A stretch of DNA of 64,000 nt, from the NCBI GenBank assembly GCA_030704615.1, contig CM060734.1, positions 52,948,001 to 53,012,000 on the forward strand, read 5' to 3'. The DNA is from Takakia lepidozioides (taxonomy: Eukaryota; Plantae; Bryophyta). Shown here piece by piece: positions 26,191 through 37,165 of the stretch. How positions within the stretch are numbered: the stretch's first letter is position 1; every line of letters starts with the position of its first letter. Position numbers and translations under genes: made by a program. The notes under the pieces are model-generated. The model was not told where the DNA came from. It saw only the letters and a list, made by a program, of their open reading frames with translations, and made no database searches.

Positions 26191-26339
26191 CCCCACAACT
26201 GCTTCTGTTGGATCTCAGTTTGAATGGAATATTGCCTCATTCCAGGAGTTTTGGGGTGCATTTCATTACACTGCAAAAACAAGTCTGATACAGCAAAATG
26301 CAATTGAAAATATCCATATGGAGGATTCCCTTTGCCCCA

Positions 26340-29300
26340 TCAATGATTTCTGGAATCCCTAAGGAGGAGTTTGTGCAGCTCGTTCACGCTCAACGCCGGT
26401 GCATGAATAAAGTCATCAATAGTCACGTTCATCCTCAACCTCTTCAGGTAAATGTAATACAGATGCTTGCACGGATAATACTTCGAACCCTTCTTTGCTT
26501 CCATCAACGAGAAGTCCGTACAGTTGCAAGTCGGCTCCACTCCAATCGTAATTGTGTATACATCGTCGCGTACAGCCGAGCCGGCCGTTGCCATCCGATA
26601 CACACGCCCAAGGCCGGGTGGGGGTACGTCCACGGAGCTCTGAATAGTGCAAGCCATCCCAAGAGCATTGGCAATCCGAGTCTCATTCAACTTGTTGAGA
26701 GGGTGTCGTCTCTTCACTCTTCCGAATCGCATTGTGGGATGTGCAGAATTGTCCAATCCGTCTCTACTGGACCGAGCAGTCTGCAATGGCTGGGTCTGAG
26801 GAACTGGAAATGCGTGGGCCGAGATGTCTGTGCGTTGCACCATTCGAAATCCTGCTGCAGATAGTGCATCCGCCTCATTCGAAGAGAGGCTGCAACCCGG
26901 TGCAACAGGCCAGACGCCCGGAGGCTCCGGCATTCCCTGAATCTCGTACTTGGGCTTGTCAAATACACAGGTCATTATGTCGTGCCTACAAAACCAAAAT
27001 GTCTACGTTGTGGCGTGAGCAAAAGTGGGAGTAAAAAATCTGCCGTTGAAACAAGGTGCAGGTACAGCACCGTGTGGGTTCCTCCGAATCATCTTACCAC
27101 AGCGTGCTCTCGTATCCACCCGGATGGCGCAGCACTTCCCTCAAAATGCTGACAATGTCCTCGCAATTCTCCACTGTGACTCCGACACTCTTGTCTCCAC
27201 AATGGGAATGTTGTACTGCTTTACTACAGATGGCTCGTTATGTTGCCGGGGCACGCGCCCTGTGCTCAAAGGAGATGGCGATCTTGAACGTGCAGGACTT
27301 GTGGTGCTCGACGAGACCTCCTCGGGCAACATCACCGGACCACGAGGGAGCGTGCGAATATTCTTGTCAGCTCGCCATGAATCCTCTTCTCCGCCAGGTG
27401 CCTCGTCAAGTCTTCGTCTCACTGGACGGGTATGAACATCTCCTTCCAAATGTTGGCCTCTTCGAAGCAATGGCGTGTCCCGAAGGCCCTCTCGCAAGGC
27501 CGCCGCCCACTTCCGAGGATTCTTCGATCTAGAGGCAGTCCGCATCAGCATTTCCTGCCTGTCCAGCCCCAAGCCCCACTGTTTCCCTTTCAAGAACTCG
27601 TTGTACCTGCATTGCTGCATAATTGACCTGACAATGTCATCCGTTGTGACAGTGAGGATGTCCACCAGATGCGCCGCAGAGGAGGAACGCCAGGAAGAGT
27701 GCACTGATTCGGCCATGTTTGTCGTGGGCATGTCGGTGTCGGAGTCAAGACACATTTCCTGCACAAGCACATGTTGAGGTTACAAGCAAGTTACAAATAT
27801 GGCCAAGAATAATATTCAACGGGACGCGAATTCGTGCAACTCACCTCCCGCATATAGTCGCCGAACTGGAGGAAACGATAATGCCACCATGCTAGCCAAC
27901 TGACCATTGCTCCCTCGTCTGATTTCCTTACAGCACCTGACAATGTCCACCAAACCCGTATACATGCAAATTGTGTCTCTGCATCATCCAAGGTGGGAGT
28001 GCGCTTCCACGCAAGGCACATGGAACGGTGCTCCTCTCTGAAATCTGGCGCCACGAGCCTGGTTGTGTACTGCGAAAGGCTCTGCAGAAAATGGAACCCA
28101 CAAGATCTCTCCTTGCCTTCCATGGGAACATTGGGGTCTTGCCTGTACACCCTTTGGATGGCAGCCCAATTTGCTTGTGCGTTGTCCGCCATGAAACCAC
28201 GGAAATTGGGAGGGGGCAATCCCGCCTTGCCCATCTGTTCGTTTATTCCCTGCCAAAGAAGCATCTCCAATTGTGTGTCCTCTCCTTTCATCTCACAAAT
28301 AGCAATTGTCATTAGCATCCTGCAGTGGGTGTCGTAGACATGTGCAGCCATTGTCACCCACTGGTGATTTGTAATTCGCTTGATATGGTCGAACATGACC
28401 CAACTGTTTGACAAGTCCCCACTCGTCATCCTGTCGACCAGTTCGATGCCGCTGCCAGGTCCACACGTGGACATTTTGAATACGAAACAACGATCTACCT
28501 CAGTCCCTTGTCCTGGAAACCTACTTCCATGAATGTAGTCATATTGTCGCGCACCTCACTTCGGTAAGCTCCCCTTCAAGTCATAGTTACTCGCCTTGAT
28601 GCGCGCGCCTGACTCCCAACCTGGCCGCCGGGCCAACTTGGAGCTTCGGCTGCTCACCGGGACATAACGGTCCCCCTTCACTCTCCCACTAAACCCTCCA
28701 CCTATTTGGGCATAGTGGAATTCCCTTTGGTAGATGGCAGTCCGGAACAGCTCCCCACTCTTTGGTCGCTTTCCGGCTCGCTCGCTTACTCACTAGTTTT
28801 TGGTCACCAACGGGCTTGCACCGTTCTCGGGGTCACTACTCCCCTTATGTATACTTCTATAGCTGTCCGCGGGGGTTTCACAACCAGCCATGCCATTTTA
28901 TGGCGAACCACCACGAAAACCCTCGACTCCCGTTGACGAGTCGCAGTGAGTCTTGGCCCACTCACCACGGCCCCTATGGACCGTGATGAGTCCCAAGACT
29001 CCCCACGACTCCCACCACGAGGTCTTCGCCCCCATGGTGAGTCCTATGCCACCCCCACTAAGTCCCGCTAAGCTACCACCACCCCTTGTGGAGCCACCCC
29101 CACCGCAACCCGGTGTGCGGGGCTCCACCTAGTGAGCGCCTCCGCCTCCTTGAGTGCCTTGGGCACTCAAGGGTGCTTCAGCCCCCCGGACCTATCGCTC
29201 CCGCTGCCCCCACCACAGGGGCAGCCCCTCATGTGTCCCGACCCCCTGCCCTCAAGGCAAAGGGCCGCGACACATATCCACATCGTCGCTTCACCTCCAG

Positions 29301-29415
29301 AATGGAGTGCATATTTGAGCCACGCCCAATTTTTTGTTTGCATGAGACAATGTGGTTTCGGACATTCGGTGAACATACGTGGGACACCGACTCCAGTAAT
29401 GCCTCCATTTCCTGT
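26340..29415 (-). pseudogene. MULE transposase with C-terminal SWIM finger (copy B): 5' part deleted, solo LTR inserted, stop codons
   Basis: WVMFDHIKR...FRGFMADNAQANW...ERSCGFHF (MULE D...D...CxxH core) and YTITIGVEPTCNCTDF...PCKHLYYI (SWIM). Confidence 0.88.
28545..29272. mobile_element. Solo LTR (728 bp) inside the transposase, TSD CATAT
   Basis: TGTCGCG...CGCGACA termini flanked by CATAT on both sides. Copy C (about 41583) is uninterrupted at this site. Confidence 0.9.
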
Positions 29416-29419
29416 CGGG

Positions 29420-30550
29420 GGATCAGGCCGAAAACTGGCCGACATAGAAACCTCCGCGGATGCAAAAACGGCGCCGAATTTCCATATGAGTCCTTTCGGA
29501 TGCAGTCGGCTCGGGGGAAAGGCCGCCATCTGGCCCTCACATTACAACCCATGGACGGAAATTCGGCACCGAATATACAACAGGGGAAGCCCGGATGAAG
29601 TCGCCTCGGGCGTAGAGGCCAGCGCGTGTGCGACAAAGAACATCCCCTAGATGGAGATTCGGCGCCGAATTTCCATCCGGGCCCCCCCAAAGGAAGTCGT
29701 GTCGGGGGGTCAAGCCGAAAACTGGCCGCCATAAAAACATCCCCAGATGGAAAAACGGCGCCGAATTTCCATCCGGGGCGGTTCGAATGCAGTCGGGGAG
29801 GGGGGAGAGGCCGGCACCTGGCCGTCATATTTCAACCCCCGGACGGAAATTCGGCACCGAATATCCAATAGAGCGGCGGAGAGGCCGACACCTCTCCGAC
29901 AAAGACCATCCCCCGGACGGAAATTTGGCGCCGAATTTCCATCGGGGCCCCCTCAAAGGAAGTCGTAAAAACCTCCCAGAATGGAAAAACGGCGCCGAAT
30001 TTGCGTCCGAGGCTGTTCCGATTTGCATCTAGTAGTCAAGGATTCCAAGAAAAATGTGTCTACAAGTGCACTTCAGCCACAAAACAAATAGTTAGGTTTG
30101 TTTTTCTCCGAAAAATCAATCGGACACGCTCAGAATTACCTGCAGGAAGGTAATTCAGCGCTTCGAAATACCTGGCGAATGGAAATTCGGCGCCGAATAT
30201 CCATACGCCAGCGATCCGACTTACCTGCTGGATGGAAATTCGGCGCCGGATTTCCATCCATCCGGGATTCCACTTACCTGCTGGATGGAAATTCGGCGCC
30301 GGGTTTCCATCCATCCGGGATTCCACTTACCTGCTGGATGGAAATTCGGCGCCGGATCTCTATCCATCCGCTCTCCGACCAACCTTGCGGATGGAAATCC
30401 GGCGCCGGATTTCCATCCATCCGCCTCCGAATTACCTGCTTGAGGGAAATTTCGCGCGCCGCCCTACCTGCGCGGATGGAAATTTGGCGCTGAATTTCCA
30501 TCCTGCAGCGCTCCGAATTACCTCTACGTTGGAAATTCCGGGCCGAGTTC
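29420..30550. repeat. Central arrays between the two divergent genes (about 96-bp spacing, then a 53-bp unit)
   Basis: Cores at 29470, 29565, 29661, 29757, 29853, 29927 and 29991; GGAAATT/C motif starts at 30181, 30234, 30287, 30340 and 30393. Confidence 0.9.
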
Positions 30551-30759
30551 CGTCGATTTTCATCCGACATGGAGGGCTTCATCCGACATTTAATTGCGCA
30601 GTTGGGCAATAAATGTCCACCGCCATCCGTTTTCATTCGGGCTGGCGACACATGGCTTCCTGGATACGTACCCTAAATCTGATGCTAATCTTGGCTTAAC
30701 ATGCTATTCGAGGCATGTACCCCAAAAACGGAGATCTTTTTCCATTTTGGCTGGGACTT

Positions 30760-33700
30760 ATGCCGCTTGAAGGGCGTGGCTCTCCTGAGAGAGACCTCAC
30801 ATCCAGACCGCGGCGGAAGTTGAAAGCTCTGTACTACGGACGACGGCCAATCTCTCGCATGGCCAAACTGAAGCTCCAGCAGGAGATTCCAGTGTCTTGC
30901 TCACAACCCGCGCCAACTGAAGCCAAGTACTCTCAGGCAAGCCACTTCTGCTTTCGCTTTGTTCGATTTCGATTTCGCTTTCGCTTTCGCTTTCGCTTTT
31001 GCTTTGTTGCCTCGCTTTGTTTTTGCATCTTCATCCTGGCTTCGCTGGATGAGTGAACCTTAGATTGTTTGTAATGCGTGTGCAAATCCGGCAGCTCTGG
31101 AGAAGGCTGCTTGTGCATGTCATTCTCAGGCAATGGTTGCATTTGTTTTCATTGTTGTTGCATGGCTCTCCATACTTCCTAAACTTGTTATGTTTTCATT
31201 TTTGTTACACGATTGTTGTTATGGTGGTTGCGCTGCTCGTTGCGATGCTGGTTTTGGCACCGATGTTGGTTCTCACGATTTTTGGGAATGACAGAGTGAC
31301 GACGAGCCCGGCACGCTGGTGGTATCATCGACAGCTCCAACTCATCGCATGTTTGAATCGCCCAACTTGGGGCGAGAGGGCAAACTTAAACCTTTTGTTG
31401 GTGGACGGGAGGACTTGCAACGAGAGTACGACAGAATAGGCATTGGGGAGGTTGGTGCAGGCGGCATGGTAGGTGAAGGGCGTGAGGACATGAGGACAGC
31501 AGATCCGGCAATGGAGGTTGTTCATGCACATGCAGTACGGCCCGCCCACGCAAAGAAAAAGAAGAAAGCTAAGCACATGCAATCCCCGGCGAGAGAGCCG
31601 TCACGGGCTGCGGAGGGGGGAGTGAGCAGTGTGCGCGAGGGTGTCAGTTCGCCTCAATCAAAGGTGGTCGTCCTGGAGGGCTCCCCTGCTGCTAGCCCTA
31701 GTAAGAAACAGAAAGCCCGTGAGAGGGCAAAAGAGAGGTCAAAAGAACAGACGAGACAGAATGCTAGCCAGGAGGAAAGAGAAAAGGCCACTGAAGAGGC
31801 CAGGGGTGCCCAAATGACAGATGCCAATGTAAGCGAGGGACGCACAGAGACGGTGGATCCCTCCAAGACACCACAAAGAGGCAGTAACATAGCGGTTAGA
31901 CCATCGCGGGCAAGAGCAGCCCCTACAATTACCCATACGGTGGAGAGTGGAGGAGAGGAAAGAACACCAGAAAGAGCACGGATTGTGCAAGTTCGAGGTG
32001 AAGCCAGGGAGAGGGCTGTAGAGACGGGGAGAGTGCTGGAGGTGGTTTCGCAGGTGGCTGACCCTGTTGAGGAGGACGACATGGAGCTTTCTGACCAGGA
32101 TGACATCCTCCCGGACATCCCCAGGCCCCAAACCCGGAGCATACAGTCTGGATTTGGCGGTCCTGGTGGGCTGCCGGAGAACCCCTCTACAGCAGACGTC
32201 ATGTCGGAGGCAGATATGAAGTTGGCCGCTGCCAAGATGTTGGAGGCAACCCACAGCAACATTGGCAGGGTGCTGGGGGGCATGGTGTACCCGGCCAAGC
32301 TTCGAATTCCCCTTTGCCGTTTGGTGTCATTGCAGGTGGTGAGACCTGCCCTCCCAGGCGATATCGACAAGCTGAAATTCTCTTTCCGGGATGGATATCG
32401 AATGGGGTCTGCCGCATTTTACGTTTCCATTGAGAACGACCACGGAGCTTCCCGTGCCCACACTTCCGATGAGGTGGACAAATGGGGTCCCCATTGGCAA
32501 ATGTGAAATGAGGAGTTCGAGAGATCGATTGCTAGTGATCCTCTTTTCCAGCACTTGTCCAATAAGATGTTCTACGTGTGGGACGGCAATCATCGCCTCC
32601 TGGCATGGATGGAGCACATTGCCCAAGCCCACCCCAACGACCTCGATTGGCATTTCGCCGTGGATTGTGTTGTGCTGAAGGTTGCGGGGCCCAAAGATCG
32701 CAGTTTCTCAAAGCTGCAATGGCGGACATCAACTCGTAAGTTACAACGCCTCTCGCTTTTGGACTTTGAATTTGGAAGTCATTTCATTGCGAATCCTCAT
32801 ATATGATGAAAATTCCCATTTCAGTATTGTTTGATGGAAATGTGGTACTGCAGGGTGACTGAGAATGCCTTCATTGCCACCAACTTGTCCCATATGCTCT
32901 TCCGAGTGAAGGATGTCGGGAAGCAGGGGGTGCAAGAGTTTGCCAATTCCCTCAGTGCCGACCTCCTGCGCAAGTCGAAGGCAAAGGCAGACAGAACCTG
33001 GTATAGGCTGAGCGTCGACGCCATGGTGGACTACATATTTTGGGTAAAGCTCCAGACAGTTTTGTTGAGCTAATCTGTCTCTCCTCCCCAATAGAAGAAA
33101 AGGTCTTCACCGTGATTTCTAATCTCCTCCCCCAATAGAAGAAATTGTGTTGAGCAGGATCTCTAATCTTATGTGCGCATTCTTGACAGACAAAAATACA
33201 GCAGCACATGCGCAGAGGTTCTACATGGAGTCAGAGGAGAAGAATTCAACCCTCCAGGCACTCAAATCGTATGTCAAAGCTGCAGAGGTGAGGGCCCGCA
33301 TAAAGTACAAGTCGCGGATGGTAAAGTACGTGGCCATAGCTGATCCCGCCCTTGGTGCCGACTTTCTGGTGGAGGTGGGGAAGCACTACTCTCGTGCTCT
33401 GAAGCCCACGATGACATTGGAGAAGCTCCATCGTCTAGCCACATCCTGTGTGGATGCAACAGAAAAGGTGATACATTCTTAACCAAATTGTGGTGGCAAC
33501 AACTCCTTTTTATGGTGTTTGGCGCTTACGAATATGCTGGGTGGTTGGACAGACCCGGTGGCTCCAAATCTGGAATGGTTCCCAAAGTACCAGGGATATG
33601 TGGAGCTTCCCCAAACCGGACAAACTCTCTGACCCCACATTCGACATGTGGATGAACCGCATGACATGGTGGTTTCAGGTGCTTCCCCATGCTTCGTTTG

Positions 33701-36700
33701 GGGCTTCTACTCTAGTAGGGGGTCGATTCATTGTATTTTTTCAGGAAAGCGATCTAATGGAGAATCTCCACAGGTGACGATGAATGCGCAAGAGCAGCTG
33801 GACACACAAGCACATCAGTTCAAGATGGAGATATCTCCTGCAGCAGAGAGCCTACGTGACGAGGTACTTTCTGCTCTACAAAACCAACCTATTCTTTCGG
33901 GAGATAGCAGATGCTCGCCGGAGCCACGAGTTCACCGACCAGCCGAACGCGGACAAAGCGCAGTGCGCCTTCTGTACAGGGTACATATGCGCTGCCTTTC
34001 TTTCAAGTCCTGCATTTCAGGATGTTAGAGGCCTCATGTTGGTGTTAGGGAAAATGGCGCCGAATTTCCAGTCAGGGCTCTGAAAATGGCTAAGTCCCTG
34101 ATAGCTGGCCCTGAACTGGAAATTCGGCGCCATTTCCAGTTCCAGGCCCTATTGCCGTTCAGGGACTTGGCCATTTTCGGGCTAAGTCCCTAGACTGGCT
34201 GGCCCTGAACTGGAAATTCGGCGCCATTTTCCAGTTCGAGGCCCTATTGCCGTTCAGGGACTTGGCCATTTTCGGGCTAAGTCCCTAGACTGGCTAGCCC
34301 GGAACTGGAAATTCGGCGCCATTTTCCAGTTCGAGGCCCTATTGCCGTTCAGGGACTTAGCCATTTTCGGGCTAAGTCCCTAGACTGGCTGGCCCTGAAC
34401 AGGAAATTCGGCGCCACTTTCCAGTTCCAGGCCCTATTGCCGTTCAGGGACTTAGCCATTTCGGGCTAAGTCCCTAGGGGGCTGGCCCTGAAGTGGAAAT
34501 TCGGCGCCATTTTCCAGTTCTAGGCCCTATTGCCGTTCAGCGACTTAGCCATTTTCGGGCTAAGTCCCTAACTGGCTGGCCCCGAACTGGAAATTCGGCG
34601 CCATTTTTCCAGATCTAGGCCCTATTGCGGTTCTGGGACTTAGCCATCTTCGAGCCAAACTGGGAAAAATGGCGCCGAATTTCCAGTTCAGGTCTCCCAA
34701 GATGGCTAAGTCCCTAGGGGGCAGTCACCGGAAAACCGAAATTCGGCGCCATGTTTCCATTTCTAGGCCCACTCACATCCGCCCCAACCTGGGAAAATGG
34801 TGCCCGATATGCATTTCAAGGACCCATTGTGTTTTTTCATGAAATGCAGGTACTTGCAAGTTCTCCCTTTTGGAGAAAGGTCATCTGTCTTTCTAAGCAC
34901 CATTCTTCCTGGCATGGAGGAACCCTGGGGCTGGACTCCATGTACACTAACGATATTGTGAAGGAGTGCATCTGCGAACATTTGCGTGATTGCCCTTGCT
35001 TCCGCCCGGCTCGCTCAACCCATCCGAGTTTAAATTGAAGCTGGATGCGAATTCCGACGAAAACAGGGCTTGCTCGCTGCCTCCGTTGGGTGCAAAAGAG
35101 TCAAAAGCGCTTGCGAACTCCAGGAAAGCGGCAGAGCTTGCTCAGGCAGGAATTCGGAGAAATTGCATGAAGAGGAGTAAAGGCCAAAGGAAAAGGACAA
35201 GGAAACAGGTGAGTGCAGTAACACCCAAAAAGAAGAGAAAACCAATCGGGGCATCGGAGGAGGCGCAGGAGGGGACCCCAAGAGAGTGACTCGGAGACGA
35301 CGACTTTGTTCAAGGTCCTGCGACTATGTGCTCCTACCCAGTCACCGGTCGTCCGGTTCCCAAGGTCAGTTCGGAGTGGGACTGGCTCTGCAAGAAGTTG
35401 GCATTTGAGGCCGAGCCTACACGGCGGTATTCGGCGGTGATGTTACGCACAGGCCAAAGCTTAGAAGAACCTCCAACCATCATCAAGATTCCTCCGTGAC
35501 GCTCTTGCTGCCAGGGCGAAGAAGGTGGCACACAGCAAGTCTCTGGCGGAGCAGAAGGGGAAAGCCAAGAAAAGAAGAGGGCTTGCGGTACAGAGCCTAA
35601 AGACACCCGGGTTTTGAAGCCATGATGGAATTCTTCACGGTTGTGAGCACGAATTGCAAGAGCACTCGGGGGGGCGGGGGGGTTGAGGTGGAGAGAGCTT
35701 GCGAACATGATTCTCCTCGACATTCCAGATGGGGAGCTGCTGGAGGGCTGGATGGTGTGCCCACCTGGAACAGGTTTACTGAGGACTACTGGAAAAGCCG
35801 GGTTTGGGCTGCGTGATCTTCCAAATTTTGTGGCAAGCCACGTCTATACAAGTTTGTTCTAACTGTCATACCGGAATCGGGCACTACTCTCCTACACCCT
35901 GTGTGATGTGTGGTTGTCCTTGCCACGATGAGGGAAGACCACAGAGAATGCGGTGGCAAGGTGGACACCCAAAAGTGTCACCCGGTCCTCCTCAGAAAAT
36001 GGTTCTGCATCAGTCCACAGGGGTTGCGAATAGAGGGCCAAAGTGTAGGTTATCAATCTATTGCATTCACTTAATATTGTGGTGTATGGTAAGTAGACCC
36101 TGGAGTTGATCCCTTCTTGTGGATGTGCAGACATTGGTGTTTGAGGCATATTGCTTTGTGAAGAGAGGGTCTACGTTCAAATTCCGCAACGACGGTCATC
36201 TTGTTGATGCCGCTGGACCCTGTAACCTACAATGTCCTCTACAACTATGTGCCCCACTCCAGTATGCCGAAGAAGGACACAAAGACAGGCAAACGTGGCG
36301 GTACAACCGGACCGGAGCCCTGCTTCATCAAACCCTCATGGAGACGTGCTCGGATGTCCAAGGCCGCTTTGTTCCTCAGTGCTTCAATGTGGGTAGGGAC
36401 GTGTCCGACAGGCATGGTTCGCCTTCGAGCCAGATTCTGCCCTCACAACTCGGAACTTGCAGCGGCTGAAACGTCTGCGAAAGAGGAAGAGGCATCCTCG
36501 GAGGATGAGGAAAATCCAAGAAGGAGCAGGGGGAGGAAGTTGGGATCGAGGCCGAGGAGCCCACGGTTTCGTGGTGAGTGGTGGCATTGTAAAGTTGCCT
36601 CAAGATTTCGTGAGGCCATCCCTCCGCTCTTTATTTCATTGAACAACCCTTTCTGGTTGTGCTGGTATTGACATTCTTGAAGTGGATTTGTTTCTTACTG

Positions 36701-37165
36701 TAGGATGCCAGTACTACCGGAGGGACGTCTACACCGGAGTTTCATGGGCAGGAGGAACGTGCCTTTTTGCCAGGGGGGATTTCATGCCTAGTCCGAAAGG
36801 GACTACATCCTTCCTACTTATGCTGCCCGGCTTGCTTCGGTGTCCATTAGGCAGGTGTTCCGACCCTAGTCGTGTACATCAGATTTTAGACGAGGCAAGC
36901 CTCAAGAAAATGAAGATGAGAGGAGGAGGCGGCAACAGCTATTAGAGCCGTCGGGCTCATAGATTTGGTTGGATTCTGCTGAGGAAAGTGGGGAGAGAAG
37001 ACGCAGAAGATTCCCAGGAGGTGATGGTGGACGTCCCCCCCAAGGAGAGGACGGGATTTTGAGAAGGCATAGTGGAATGATGGCATTCCCAGAGCTCGGA
37101 GGATGAGGGGGATGAGGGGGATGAGGAGAAGGTGGGGCACTTCCTCGGAGGGTGTAGGAGAGTAG
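30760..37165 (+). pseudogene. Transposon cargo gene (copy B): multi-exon ParB/Srx-like plus DNA-methyltransferase-like protein
   Basis: ORF 31319-32506 continues in frame past a TGA (32504) into FYVWDGNHRLLAW. GT-AG introns occur at about 32736, 33043, 33468, 33679 and 33981. MTase-like blocks are LLDIPDG (about 35715), TLVFEAYCFVK (36131) and GPEPCFIK (about 36312). Start codon is uncertain. Confidence 0.72.
34050..34800. repeat. Intronic 94-95-bp tandem array of the quasi-palindrome
   Basis: Cores at 34056, 34126, 34220, 34315, 34410, 34503, 34597, 34671 and 34745. Confidence 0.93.

Noticed and set aside
30952-31000. FRFRFRF / KRKRKR coding repeat
   Set aside because: A (TTTCGC)n-type microsatellite, probably intronic.
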